Shown: one piece after another, positions 41,872-56,288 of the stretch | Position numbering within the stretch: the first letter of the stretch is position 1 | Layout of the letters: every line of letters starts with the position of its first letter | Source: Eledone cirrhosa | Taxonomy: Eukaryota | Direction of reading: 5' to 3' | Length of the DNA: 64,000 nt | Assembly (NCBI GenBank): GCA_964016885.1 | Contig: OZ024747.1 | Location: 17,484,001-17,548,000, forward strand | The notes under the pieces: generated by a model | Databases searched by the model: none | What the model was told of the DNA's origin: nothing | What the model saw: the letters and a program-made list of their open reading frames with translations, nothing else | Translations under genes and position numbers: made by a program

Positions 41872-43594
41872 TATAATATATATACATATAATATACATAT
41901 GTATAATATATATATATATATATATATGCATATATATAGGAGTGTTTTTCCTTGTATATCGCGCTTTCTCTTCATGTCTTACTAATTCTACTTCGTGACG
42001 TATTGATCCGTATGAGTGAGTACATTACTTTATAGAGGTTATTGGAGTGAGGAACGGTGATTTGTTTTAAAATTATTCTGGAACAAGAGAATTTATCTAT
42101 CGCATATATACATATCGACGCATTAACATTATTGCAATACCTTCTCATATATAGGGAGATAGAGACTTCAATATGTGTGAGTGTATGTGTGTGTGTTTGT
42201 GCATGTATATATATATATATACATGCACAAACATATATATATATAATAGTATTACGTATGCATATATATTCATATATGTATATAAACAGCATTATCTTTT
42301 TCTGGAAAAATAATTGTTAAGTATTTATTTATTCCTAAACAAATAACTTAATAAAATTCAGTGGGGAAATTGCTGAATATCTGAAAAAATATGACATTCC
42401 TGCAGTTCGCATTGTTTAAGTACTTCATTTGAAAGACATGCACACAAAAAAAAACATAGAAAAAAAACTAAAGAAGAATTTAAAAAGAAAGAAAAAATTA
42501 GAGATTTATAGGAAGAAGGAAAGAAAAAATCGAAATGAAACAATTCAAATGGAATGACATGGCATTAAATTAACATGTCAATAGATGTGAATCTTGTTAC
42601 AGAAACGAAAAAAATTATAATACTGCTTTCAGTGAAGAAGAGCAGTGGCATTTTGAAAAAAAAAATCAACTACAATTTGCTAAACTAACACAAACTGCAC
42701 ACTAAATACATTCACATTAGCGGCTTCGAATGTTATTAGAATTATACATTAATCATTATAATAGAGACACATTCTTTGTAAAGAAAATATGTCTCCCAGG
42801 ATCCATGTTTCATAACGGATATTTTAAAATAAAATATTCCATTGTTTTGCATGAGATTATTTGTCTTTTTTCTACTCCTTAGTGTGTATGGCTTCATAAT
42901 TAAATCAGTATTTATTTTATTAAAATTTATTTTGCTATTTAATATTATATTTTAGTTATTTATTAGTTTCATCTTTTATTCGTTCATTTGTATTTTATTT
43001 TCTGATGAACTTTAATTCTTGAAATTCAACCTCAATGTAAAGACGTTTTATTAAAATACCAGGGTGGAGCAAAGTGTATTTATTCAATTATCTTTATTTA
43101 TTTCGTTACTTATGGACCCATGCCGTCAATAATGGTGGCAATAGCGTTGAACGCATTTAACGTTTGGTGTCCCGGATTAGTATTCTATATATTCCAGATT
43201 TACCAGGTATACAAACTGGGAAAATTTGCCTTTTCATAAAATAATATTTTGCATCAGAGAAACCTCATATTTTATACTGACACATAGAAGCGATCAGAGA
43301 TGAGAAACATGTTGTTTAATAAATACATAAATTTTCATAATAAATACATAAATCTTCAGCATATATGATTAAAAGTATGAATGATTTTGAAGAAATAACT
43401 ATTCACTTACTGTAGTAAGATTCCATGAATGGGTATCGAACTCGAATGCAGAACTTAATGCTTGTGAAATGAACTCCTTAACTATTCGGCTATGCTGCGT
43501 CAACAACCACTCAATAACTGAATAATTAACAGGGTTCGTCACACCACACCATCCCATCCAGGCACTGCACAATTGTTTATATATGTTTAAAATA

Positions 43595-43791
43595 TTGGTT
43601 TCTTATATAGGCACAAAGCCAGCAATTTTGGAGGAAGGGAGAGTCGATTAAATCGACCCCAGTGCGTGACTGGTACTTTATTTTATCGTAAGGATGAAAG
43701 GCGGGATTTGAACTTAGATCATAAAAGGCCGTAACTGTATGTTGCAAAGCATGGCGTCCGATCGTCTACCGATACTGCCAATCCACCGCCC
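43595..43791 (-). mobile_element. tRNA-derived SINE
   Basis: Family head and core with internal deletions. Confidence 0.75.
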
Positions 43792-44689
43792 TGTATATGG
43801 TCAAAATATTAAAGCCTGATGCAATCCAGTGCGCATGGTTGTAAACGAGTATTTTGTGGTATTGTATCTTCCCAGCTTTGATCCTTTTATTTTATATAGT
43901 GTCATAGGAACAATTTCTATCTGGCGAGTTCCGCCCCTCTCTAGGAATGAACGCAGTCAAATTCTTTCAGAGGAAATCTAACAGACACAACGAGAGATGG
44001 AAATATAAAAGACAGAATGTGTGAGGGAAAGGAAGAATCAAATCTATTACTCGATTTGTACTTATTTATCTACTTCGAAATTATGAAAACGAAGTTTCTA
44101 TCATTTAGGTATAAAAGGTGTTTCACAAATTATATAAAATAGTAGTATACATCTTAAAGCAATATATTTAATGTCATCATTATCAGTAAGAGATAAGCAG
44201 TGATATACATCAACAGTTCTTGTAATCAATTTTCGAATGGAACGTTAGGTTATCTCGTGATGAAATGAAGCCAAGGGTGTAGTTCGTGCGTCAATTGTTT
44301 CAGATAGATTAATGAAGGAGAGTTCATTGATAATAGCAAGTTAATATTATCACTCGATATCAGAGATTGTAATGTAATTGAAGAGACTTTTTTCAATTAA
44401 TGAGATTTTAACACGTCTTTATGATTCAATATTATAAACTATCATTACCCATTAGCCATCTACTTAATCCTATGCAATAAACCCGTCATATAACACCAGT
44501 TCAACGAAAAGCACACACAAAAACTCGTATTGACACTGCTGGATATGTCATGTATCCATGATTGGATGCAAACGAAGCTGGTAATAGTTATGCTAATAGT
44601 TATATTAACTTCAAAATATTTCGCAATGTCAGCAATTTTAGTAGAAGAAACAACATCAATCCTTTAAACCTACGCCAATACTTGACTAC

Positions 44690-45460
44690 AACTTTAATTT
44701 ATTGACCTCAAGGTTAAAGACATAATTAACAATGTCGTGATTCGAACTCAGAATTTAAATTGCTGCACAAAGCCAACAATTATCCCAGTGCATTACTCGT
44801 ACTTTATTTATTAACCCCGTAAGGATGAAAGGCAAAGCTAACCTCGGCGGGATTTGATCCCAGAACGTAAAGGGCCATAACTTTATACTGGCCTTTAATA
44901 ATAATTTCTACAATAGGCACAAGGCAAATTTTGAGGGAGGGGAAAGTCGATTAAATCGACCCCAGTGCATTACTGGTACTTTATTTTATCGACCCCGTAA
45001 GGATGAAAGGCAAAGCTAAGCTCGGTGAGCTTTGAACTCAGAACGTAAAGGGTTATAACTCTATACTGGCCTTTAATAATAATTGTTTCTACATTTGGCA
45101 CAAAGCCAGAAATTATCCCAGTGCATTACTGGTACTTTATTTTATCAACCCCGTAAGGATGAAAGACAAAGTTAGCCTCGGCAGGCTTTGAACTCAGATC
45201 AGAAAGGGGCGTAACTCTGTGCTGCAAAGCATGTTGTCCGACCCTCTACCGGTACTGCCAAACCACCACCTTGCCTTTGATAATAATTGTTTCTACTTTA
45301 GGCACAAGGCCAGTAATTTGAAGAAGAGGAGAAAGTCGATTAAATCGGCCCCAGTGCAATACTAGTACTTTATTTTATAGACCAGGTAATAATAAAAGCT
45401 AAAGCTAATGTCAGCGGGATTTGAACTCAGAACTTAAAGGGCCGAAACTCTATGCCGCAT
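44690..45460 (-). mobile_element. Head-to-tail cluster of ~4 SINE units
   Basis: Core TACTTTATTT...AAGGATGAAAG.CAAAG recurs at ~44800, 44980, 45130 and (degenerate) 45365. Confidence 0.8.
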
Positions 45461-46924
45461 AATAATAATAATAATAATAATAATAATAGTTTCTTACAAA
45501 CCAGCGAAGTAAAAAAATTGTCGGAGGAAGCAGTCAGTTATATCACACCCAGTAATTGACTCATATGTATTTTACCGGCCCAGGAAGTCAAATTTTACCT
45601 CGGTAAAACTTGATCCCCAAACGTAGAGAGATAGAACAAATATCGCAAATCATTTTGTCCTACACATTAAATATTCTGTTAATACGTCACATTTGATAAT
45701 GGATTCTGATTGAGGCATAAGGCCATCAATTTTAGGGAGGGAAATTCGATTAAATCGACCCCAATGCATTTCTGGTACTTTATTTATCGATCCCTTAAGG
45801 ATGAAAGTTATAAACACATAGTTCCATATGTGTACGAAGTATAACTTATCCATGTATCTAGTACCAAGTTAAACAACTAACTACCAATTTACAATGTTAG
45901 AGACAATGGTTCGTTGTGATTTACATGACAATATATTCAGCATTGGAGATGAATTATTGCTAAATAGGAGAAACCGAACATGACCCATAATAATAATGAT
46001 AATAATAGTAATATAAATAACATTACATACAAGTAGATTAGATCTACCATTGTACTTGACTGTTACTAGGTTTATCCATTAGAACTTATATGGACGTAAC
46101 TAAATACTATTAAGCATGTTGTCTACGTCTCTCCTTCTCTCTATCTCTCTCCTTCTTTCCTCTATCACTCTCTCTTTCCCCCTCTCTCTCTCTTTCTATC
46201 TATTTATCTATCTCTTTCTCTTTCTCTCTGTCGTTGTTGTGTGCTCTCATTGACAGTCCTTTCCGTCCAAAGCTTCGCCCGGAAGGAAGCTGCACAATCA
46301 TCAAATTACATAAACCTCGAAATAGAAACAAGCATATACGGAATATATGATATAAACAAAAGAATATAATGCACAGTTGTGTATTGATTATAAGGAAAAA
46401 GTAGAACATACAGCTGAATATAAAAAATATAGCAGATGCAAAAATTAACCCTTATACTTTCAATTCAGTTACACACATCACACGGCCCATCCTTGACATA
46501 TAACGCGTTCTTTCCCAGGGCTGGAAGAAAAGAGGAAGGTCAAGGAACTGCAGATGACATAACTTTGGGGAACACAGTGGAGACCTAGAATGAGCTCGGC
46601 TGATTGGAGAAGAACAGATCAGTTATTAGAAGAATGTTACCGCGGTTCTATTCGCTACGTGGAGCGAAAGGATCTTTGTAAATGAGAGATAACGTAACAC
46701 GGCGTACTCAAATTGTTTTCTATCCAGTTACATTCTATAACTACGAGGGTTTACAAAACAAATGAGAACAATGGTAAATCTATACAGGAAATAATTAAAC
46801 AACCAATTACAAACACATCTGCACCCACTAAAATACAAAAGAACCAGAAGCTCATCTAAATAATACAAATATGTACCAACACGTGCATGGAAAACCATCA
46901 TATAGATAAATAAACAAATAATAA

Positions 46925-47102
46925 TAATTGTTTCTACTTTAGGCACAAGGCCAGCAATTACTCAGTACATTACTGGTACTTTATTTTATCGACCCCGTAA
47001 GGATGAAAGGCAAATTTAACCTCGGCGGGATTTGAACTCAGACTGTAAAGGGACGTAACTATGCTAGAAAGCATGGCGTCCAACCCTCTACCGATACTGC
47101 CA
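46925..47102 (-). mobile_element. tRNA-derived SINE
   Basis: Family consensus match. Confidence 0.8.
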
Positions 47103-49057
47103 ATAATAATAATGGCTTCTGATTTAGGCAGAAGGTTGAAAGTGTCACCAACAGTCGTGAGGGATAGGAAACCTAAATGTTGTTTAGTGGGGTGGCTGTT
47201 GTAGCGGGTGTTGCTGGCCACTGTCCGCGGCAATACATATGCCATTTTGTCCGCGGAGCGCTGCCGAAACACTACTCTGATCTAGATCTAGGCGTAGGGT
47301 ATGTCACCTTCTCTCCTCTCCCCTTTCTTTCGTTCTTTAAGAATCCTTGCCCACCCACCCCCTTTTCCTTTTTGGCTTTGTTTTTTTAACTACTATTATC
47401 AACATTGGACTATTTTGTTTTTCATTATGTATATATCATTATATAATTCTCTCTATTTATAATACAACATTTTACTGCTTACGTCTTACGTCAGAGGAAC
47501 CTAAATGTACATTAAACCAAACGAAAGGATTAGAAAAGACAGTAAAAATCAAATTACCCCGTACCAATATTGAATATTATTACATTCAGTTTCCACCACG
47601 GAAATCTCCTTTTATCGATTAGATTCATCCTTAAATTCTTAAGAAGTGGCAGGATTTGAACTCGAGAATGTGAAGAGCCAGTATAAATACGTAATTTTAT
47701 CTGACACCCTACTAATTCTGCCAACCGATTACTTTCAAGTGGCAATAATCAAACAGAATTACAATGGGAAACAATGTTACAAACTGTAAATGTTGAAAGC
47801 TTTCAAACGAATATGGAGATTGGGTGGGGCAAACGAGTCGCAGTGCTGTGCTATCTAGGCAGGAATAACTAGTAAAAATAAGAATATTTATAACCAAAAT
47901 GAACATGAACAGATGAGACAAAGTTGTCCAAGAACCAAAACTGAATAAATCAATCATGTTAAAATGAATATTGTGTAGCCGTAAGGAATATCTCGAACGA
48001 ATATTGATAATAAGCAGAAGTGAGTTGACTTATAAATAACATAATGGAAACGATGAACGTTCAATCACTCTTTGTGTTAATTCGCATCTTGAATATGATA
48101 ATCTGGATGTTGCATGAATATATAAAACGAGAGCCAGGATAATAGATGCCGTAAACAATGATACAAGAATATTTTGACGAAACTAGAATTCTGTAGATTG
48201 CCTATAAACTTTCATATTTGGAGTGGACACTTACGTTAAGATGAAATAAGATATTTTTATTCCAAACGTAACAATATAGGTCAAAACAAGAGCTGTAAAC
48301 AATCACAATAAACAGTGACACAGAATCTTCACATAACCCATACCTATTCATACATACCAGAACAAATATAAACAAATAGCAAAATAGATAAAATTAAATA
48401 CATAATTAGGGGAAATCTAAAATGTGCATGAGGACTGATACTCACAAGAAAACAAAATTCTGAACGAACAAACAATATGATTGCTAAATACCACAGAGCT
48501 AGTATTATCTTTGAAGAAACACACAACCTCATAATTGCTTTTCCGTCCCAATAATCCGAAATGTGTACCCTGAAACTTATAAGTTAGAGAGTTTATATGT
48601 TCTAGGTTTCTGTGCTGTGAATTGAAATTCCTCTGAGATCAGTTTTGTCTTTTATCTTTTTGTAGTCGATAACTTAAAGTACCAATCCAGGGAGGTAATT
48701 GCTTGAATGGTTAGTGTCAGACAAGATACCCTGTGGTATTTGTTCCGGTTTATTGTGATATGAAGCCTACTTATGAATTAGACATTATCCGTTGCCTAAT
48801 TTAACAATAACACCTAGTCCTTAAGTGCTTTTAGTGAAATCCAGACTATGGCCAGCATTGGGATCAAGCTGTCTGATTTAAGGATGGATCCCTCCATATC
48901 CCTCGCATATACTAGCTTCAGAAGACCTATAATGAATCATGGACCCTGCCAGTATCCTTCCTGACTAAATAGTTTTTTTTTATTGTGTCGATTTTTATGC
49001 TTTCTGCATGAAATATATTAATAATAGCTTGGCTTTGAAACTTACATTATTAAACAT

Positions 49058-49243
49058 AATAATTGTTTCTACTTTTGGTACAAGGCCAGCAATTATCTCA
49101 GTGTATTACTGGTACTTTATTTTATCGACCCCGTAAGGATGAAAGGCAAAGTTAACCTCGGCGGGATTTGAACTCAGACCATAAAGGGACGTAACTGTGC
49201 TTGCAAAGCATGGCGTCCGACCCTCTACCGATACTGCCATCCA
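49058..49243 (-). mobile_element. tRNA-derived SINE
   Basis: Family consensus match. Confidence 0.8.
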
Positions 49244-50326
49244 ATAATAAGCCCACATCTACTTACTGTAAACAATGGATATTGGGTTGCTCAAACTTCT
49301 ATGAGAAGAAACTAAAACCTAACTAAATGACATCATGTCATAGTAAGTAGAAATACATTGGAGAATTAGTCACTAGATGCATCATCCCTGAAAATAAGAT
49401 AGGATGATGATGATAGCTGAAATGCCTGTGATCATACTTTTTCTTTCTGAATCAGATGAAAATAAAAACCTTGCACTTTCCTTTTAAATATGCAAATACA
49501 TATAAGCTAAGTGTCAGAAACAAACTATTTCGATATTGTTATAAAAGACAAGATGCCTGCTGCCTTGTGTACTGATTGATTATAATACCCAAAAGCAACT
49601 TTTTAGTGATAGAAATAGGAAAAATTTACAGATAAAAATAAGACTTGAAGCGATATACCAAAATACTGAAAAACAAAACCAAATATATCTAAACTCATTC
49701 AAAATACTAAGCATGTAGGAAATTGAAAAAGAAGAAAACTAAAACTTCAATATAAATATTTCATATAAACCTGGAAAATAAGCCCCAAGATATTGAACAT
49801 ATTCGCACGAAATAATGTATATGAGTTATAAAAGAAATTTTCGAACATAAATCCACTGTCAATGTAGAAATCCGATGTAGGTGTACACTAGTGAAGCAAT
49901 AATAATGATCAAATGATTTAGTTTTTGTTGGTATTTCTCTTTCACAAGGACGACGAATTCAGAACATTAGACGAATACAATACCAACGGGTAGGGATATT
50001 TCATCAAGTGTGATATGAAAGAACAACAAAAATAAACAATAAGATATATAAATATAGCAGGTATTTGACACTTGTTTATATCCCCACAATGTTTATGGTT
50101 TTCCCCCTTTCCTTTCTCTCCTAAAAAATTATTATTTCCTCTTTAGGTATTTTCCTTTCCAATGAAGGATTAGCATGTGACAGGTTAAGACATTTTGTCC
50201 TTACCTTCCAACTGTTATGCTAATATACTGTTATTGTAGTGTGTTTTTTCTTTCTTGTAGAAACGCACACACACACATAGACATGCGTGTATGTGTTTGT
50301 GTCTGGTACGTGTGTGTATGTGTGTG

Positions 50327-50388
<62 letters not shown>

Positions 50389-50423
50389 CATGTGTGTGTG
50401 TATGAATATATTTCTATATGTGA

Positions 50424-50758
50424 AGGTGCATGTCTTAGTGGTTAGAGAGCTGGCTTGCAATTGTGAGGTTGTGAACTCGATTCTCGGATCGGGCGATGTG
50501 TTGTGTTCTTCAGCAAGATACTTTATTTCACTTTGTTCCAGTTCATTCAGCTGTAGACAAGAGTTACGGCGGCACATGTGCCCAGCTGTAACGGTCTTTG
50601 CCTTTCCCTTGGACAACATCGATGGCGTGGGGAGGGGAGTCTAGTATCTATGTAACAGTGGTCTTCTACAAACAACCTTGCCTGGACTTGTGCATCGACG
50701 GGATACTTTCTAGCTCTATGGTCATTTGTGACCGAAGCACGTCTTTACCCTTACCCAA

Positions 50759-50760
<2 letters not shown>
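50424..50760 (+). mobile_element. tRNA-derived SINE sharing its head with 27360 but with a different body
   Basis: CTTAGTGGTTAG...GGCTTGCAAT...TTCTCGGA..GGG.GATGTGTTGT...AGCAAGA.ACTTTATTTCAC shared; sequences diverge after ~50555. Confidence 0.65.
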
Positions 50761-50843
<83 letters not shown>

Positions 50844-53073
50844 GAAAATGCTTTCGAATCCAATTTTAAATATTAGATGAGGTACAATGATTAAAATCTA
50901 TCACAAGTACTTGATATGTGATAGCGGGAGAGACGAAGGCAATGACAGTGGGAGTTTGGTTCCATTGTGTTCAGACCTGGTGTATTTGTATATATATTTA
51001 ATTCTAGATTGTAATGATGTGCCCCATTCTTTTTTCTTGAGATCCTTAACAGAAACGCTGACGATTAGAATTATTATAAAACGTTAATTATATCCAGTAT
51101 TATAAGAATAAATATTATGAAATATAATATTAAAGAATATCTTACTTGTAAATAACAACTTCTTTTAGTCACGCTACCCACACAAAATCTCATGACTTAC
51201 CTGTAATTAAAAAGAAAATATATATTAGCTTAGGATTTAGTTGTGGTTATGTTGTATTTTGTGTTTGTATTAGTTAGACAACTTTGTAAAGAAATTGACA
51301 CGGTATTCTTATTGTTCATGATGTTGTGTAGTCCTGGGGCTCTTTTCATTGGATATATTCCATTCGTGACTAGCCCCTCTTTTTAAAGATGTCAATGATT
51401 ACATTATCTTATGTGTGTATACATACCTAGGGATGTTTGGATAGGATTTAAATTAATTGGTTGCTATGTTTAGCAAATCAAACGTCCAGATCTCTATCCG
51501 TCATTTGGTGACCACTTTTGTAAAGTAAGGATGTGTACTTAATTTTTGTTTATTTAGAACCATATCATATAGCGTGTGTCCCGTTTAAGATGGTATGGCA
51601 TGTTCTGAAGGAGATCCGAGTCATATTTATAGTAATTAGCCTGACCATGTGTATATCTGAAAATGATTCCTTAATATATAAATATATATTTAGGATGAAA
51701 TTAAAGCTACCTATGGTGTACAGGCTATCCTAATCTAATGACTACTACCGGTAACTTTTAAAATCGTTTCTCACCTACTTTCCACTAAAATGAACGATGC
51801 ACAAGGGAGATATCTATATGCAAAGATCCAAAACAATGTATTTAAATTATAGGCCTTATATATGATGCCAAATATTTGAAAAGAATAATGTATGACATAT
51901 TTTTCCAATAGCATGAACATTATTTTGTATAAAAATCAGTTTGAAGTCGACATAATAGAAAACATCTTCCAAGAAATTCTCCGTATCAGCTCTTAAGCAA
52001 AATCTCCGAAGCAGAAGTAATTTTCTTACTTGTGAAAGATTCGTGTGCAACTAGGCAAGAGAGATACATGAACTGGAAGACTTTCGATATTGTCATAAAA
52101 TAGTTGCCAGAACTATACAGAATTGGATTTGTTAAAACTAGAAATAAAGAAAGGGAAATGTGGAAAGTGTCCGTATAAGGTAGTAACAGCAGTGTGTAAA
52201 GTTATGTAAATATCTGACATAGTCTTGTGGAACTAAGTGAATTATTACATTTTATTTTTTCTCTGTTACTCATTCAAATACTTCGAAAACCATAATTACC
52301 TTCTTAAGACAAGTATTTGCCTACTGAGAATCATAAGCAGACGACCTGGAATTATGATTCGATTTCGTCATTTTCTAGTCCAATAAAGATAGTAAAGTTT
52401 GCTCTCACTGCTATCTTTGACGAATCTTACAAAGGGATCTCATATAGATTTTCAGTTGTGCATATCAAAGAATAGGTGGGAGACGACTTAAAAAGTTAAC
52501 GTTAACGTTCATTAGACTAAGCTAGATTATACGCCATAGATGGTTTTCAGTACCCTGTGAATCTTATGTGGTTACTTCACATTCCATATATTGCTGTCAA
52601 ATCTCTCTCAAATCAGAAAAAGACATTTTGAATAATGCAGCATTCGGATAGTATTCTTCAAACAGAAATATCCGCTATCAAAAGAAAAATATACGCCAGA
52701 GATACAAACACTTTAATATAATCTATTACAATATATGCTTTGCTGACCAGTCAACATTCTTAGAACATTCAAGCTAATATTTGTTACTTACGAGCGTTTC
52801 TCAAAAGAATTAATCCGATCCAAGCAGATATAAACATTGTAGGGATTGAGAACGTACTTAACTATGTCTCCTGAGCATCATACTAAATTTCGGAGAGAAT
52901 AATGTATTGGTCTATCTGCTTATTTGCTCTGTATTTTGCGAATATTCAGTTGTATCCACCCAAGGCACTTAAATATATATTACCCATCTTCAAATTGAGA
53001 GTAATAGGGAGCAGGATCGAGACATTTTCTGTCATTTTGCTAGTGTTATATTCTCCTCTAAGTAATACTACAA

Positions 53074-53165
53074 TAATGTTTTCTACATTTGGCACAAGGC
53101 CAGCAATTACCCAGTGCATTACTGGTACTTTATTTTATCGACCCCGTAAGGATGAAAAGCAAAGT
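53074..53165 (-). mobile_element. SINE 3' half
   Basis: Family core. Confidence 0.75.
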
Positions 53166-54184
53166 TTACTACAATAATGGAAATCAATCAACATTTTAGA
53201 TATCCCTTAAGGAACAGGGATTTCTTAATTTAGTCAATAATTGAATATCCTTCAGGCGACGTATAATTTAAAACCCACGGTGTATGATCATCTTTAAATG
53301 GCTTCTTAAACATTTTTATCATGTCAAACTAAATGCGTTCTAAATTATTCTTTATAAGGTTTAGCTTTTGTTAGCTCCAAACTGATTTTCACTGATTGAC
53401 TAATTTCATCCTTAATAGTTATTTCTAGGATTGGCATAAGACCGGGAATGGGAAAGTCGCATGTATCGATCCCAGTACTTAACTGGTACTTTATTATATT
53501 CACCTTGGAATGAGGAAAGATAAAATTTACCTTGGTGAGATTTGTACCACAATTATATATTTCAATGCATTTTGTCCGGCGATCTAGCGATTCTACCAAT
53601 CTACCGCCCTATTTTCTATAATGTAATGGAAAATTTCAAGTAGTATCCACAATATTGTTGTCACACTTTAAGAACCAATTTCCAGGGAATTAATATTTAC
53701 AATTCCCAATATAATAATTACAATATGGTATCGGAAAAGAGACAAAAAACAACAACCAGAAAGTGTAATATATGTTGTATCAACAAATACATCATCGTCC
53801 TCGTACTTGTAAATATTACTTTAGACGCTTTTACCCGCAAGCAATTTTTCACATTTCTACGTTGACGAAAATAAATACCCCAGAGAACTGTTCTGCATAC
53901 TAAATACCAATACGGTAGCATCTCACATGTTAATATAATGAGCTGAGAAGATCGATCAACTGAGTTTATCCAAGAAATTATTAAACAAAGAAATACAGTC
54001 TACAGCAGCACGCAAAGGAGATACGTCAAATAATAGTAATTGATCTAAATTTATGGAGAATATAAGAGTTGCACATTGAAATAGTAGATATTTATATAGT
54101 GAACCGATAAATTCAACAGGCCTTCTTAGAGAATTATATTTTACTTAGTTGACATGGCGAAAAGTGAACAATGTATATTATATT

Positions 54185-54375
54185 GGGTGGTGGATTGGCA
54201 GTATCGGTAGAGGGTCGGACGGCATGCTTTGATGCATGGAGTTGCGGCCTTTGCTATTCTGAGTTCAAATCACGCCGAAGTTAAATTTGCCTTTCATCCT
54301 TACGGGTCGATAAAATAAAGTACCAGTAATGCACTGGTTAATTGCTGGCCTTGTGCCAAAAGTAGAAACAATTAT
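54185..54375 (+). mobile_element. tRNA-derived SINE
   Basis: Family consensus match. Confidence 0.8.
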
Positions 54376-54457
54376 ATTATATTATACTATATTACACTGA
54401 TTTCGAAGATGACAATGATTTCGGAACCTATTAGCAGGACCGGTTCCTTGATTTAAA

Positions 54458-54549
<92 letters not shown>

Positions 54550-54554
<5 letters not shown>

Positions 54555-54752
54555 ATGAAGGAAATTCTTTGGTACAGTGAGATATATTTGAAAAAAAGAG
54601 AAGAATGACTTCACTGGTGGTTGGTGTTCTTTGATAATTCAAATCTTTACAGTAAGTCGTTATTGATATTATTCCTGTATCAATAACGACTTACTGTAAA
54701 GATTTGAATTATTAAAAATATCAACAACCAGTGAAGTCATTCTGTTCTTTAT
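54550..54752. mobile_element. Hairpin-ended stub in microsatellite (Penelope-like architecture)
   Basis: Inverted repeat ~54600-54745 with a 9 nt loop; abuts TA. Confidence 0.45.
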
Positions 54753-55634
54753 ATATATTCGTAGAAATGCATACGTGTAACTGTTGAACAGAATGCGTGT
54801 GTCTGGAGAAATGCCTGTATGTGTTGAATCAGGTGCGTTTGCGCGTTTGGGTATCTGTTAAAACGGCTTGACAGCGTTTAATGTATGAATCTATTAACAA
54901 AGTTGAAATGTAATTTTTAGAAAGATAACTATTTTAGGAGTAAGAAATAATTTAATTTATTGAAGTACTACATATTCATTTCTCTCAGAAAAGGCCAGAA
55001 TATTACTAATTAAGTCACAAAATATTAACGAAGGAGTGAATTTATTTTAAAAAAAGAAACGAAACATTTTCTTCCTCCATGAGTTATTTTAGGAGGAAGA
55101 TGTTATCTAATTTAATGGATTATTGCATATTCATTTATTTGGAGACAAAGTTCAGAAGATTGCTATATAGGAAATGTAACTCTGTCGCTATTAGTAAGTC
55201 AGGCACGAAATAATATTTGAAGAGGGAATAGAAAAAATGTCGAATTCTCTTCGAATTTCATACTTTGCTATGACAATAAGCCATCTTCGTCCTGTCTAAT
55301 GAAATCGATAAACGATATATCAAACAAATTATTTAGGTGATATAGTTGAGTAGCATGCCCTCCTTTGAGATCGTGTTTAATATGGTCACAAAGACAACTT
55401 CTAACCAGTAAAAGCCTAAAGAATGTATATGTACATGCTGATATTCCCCTACCTCTGATTATGAATTACAAACATGTCAATTCATTTATTTGTATAGAAA
55501 ATCCTACCATTTAAAACACACACTTCCAATACATACAAACACATCCATATAGATATATATAGATATATATATATATATCGTCGAGTGCTCCAATCTGCAT
55601 ACTGAGGTGTCGGTAAACAACCAACATATACTCA

Positions 55635-55688
<54 letters not shown>

Positions 55689-55690
<2 letters not shown>

Positions 55691-55881
55691 CGAAGGAAAT
55701 GTGGTAAGGAACCAGGTGGACCATAATGCACCAAAGTACTCAATACTTAGGGTAGTAGAGTGGGTAATAGGAATGAGTAGGACCCCGACGGCTGAGCTCA
55801 AGCCGTTTCGACGGCTAATTCTGGACGTCCAGAATTAGCGGTCGAAACGGCTTGAGCTCAGCCGTCGGGGTCCTACTCGTT

Positions 55882-55886
<5 letters not shown>
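55689..55886. mobile_element. Hairpin-ended stub in (TA)n (homolog of 2523-2716)
   Basis: Near-perfect ~120 bp palindrome 55767-55886 centred on GGAC|GTCC. Confidence 0.6.
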
Positions 55887-55949
<63 letters not shown>

Positions 55950-56221
55950 TATATGTATGTATGTATGTATATACACTTAGGACACTAGACCACCAACTGC
56001 CTACCTCTTACTACTACATGGTATAAACAGTATAGTTAGGCAAGATGCGACCATCCAAGACGCACACAAGTGAAGTGACCAAGTTCAAGATTTAAAGCCA
56101 CGCCACCTTTTTCTGTTCAGGGAATACAATTTACAATCTACATACACGTATTTTATGCTGACTCATAAAACTTCTGAATTTTTACCTACAGCAGTATTTT
56201 TAACACCCATTCATATAAATG

Positions 56222-56284
<63 letters not shown>

Positions 56285-56288
<4 letters not shown>

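Noticed and set aside
43002-43035. CTGATGA...GAAATTC hammerhead-like motif
   Set aside because: No stem I or stem II pairing
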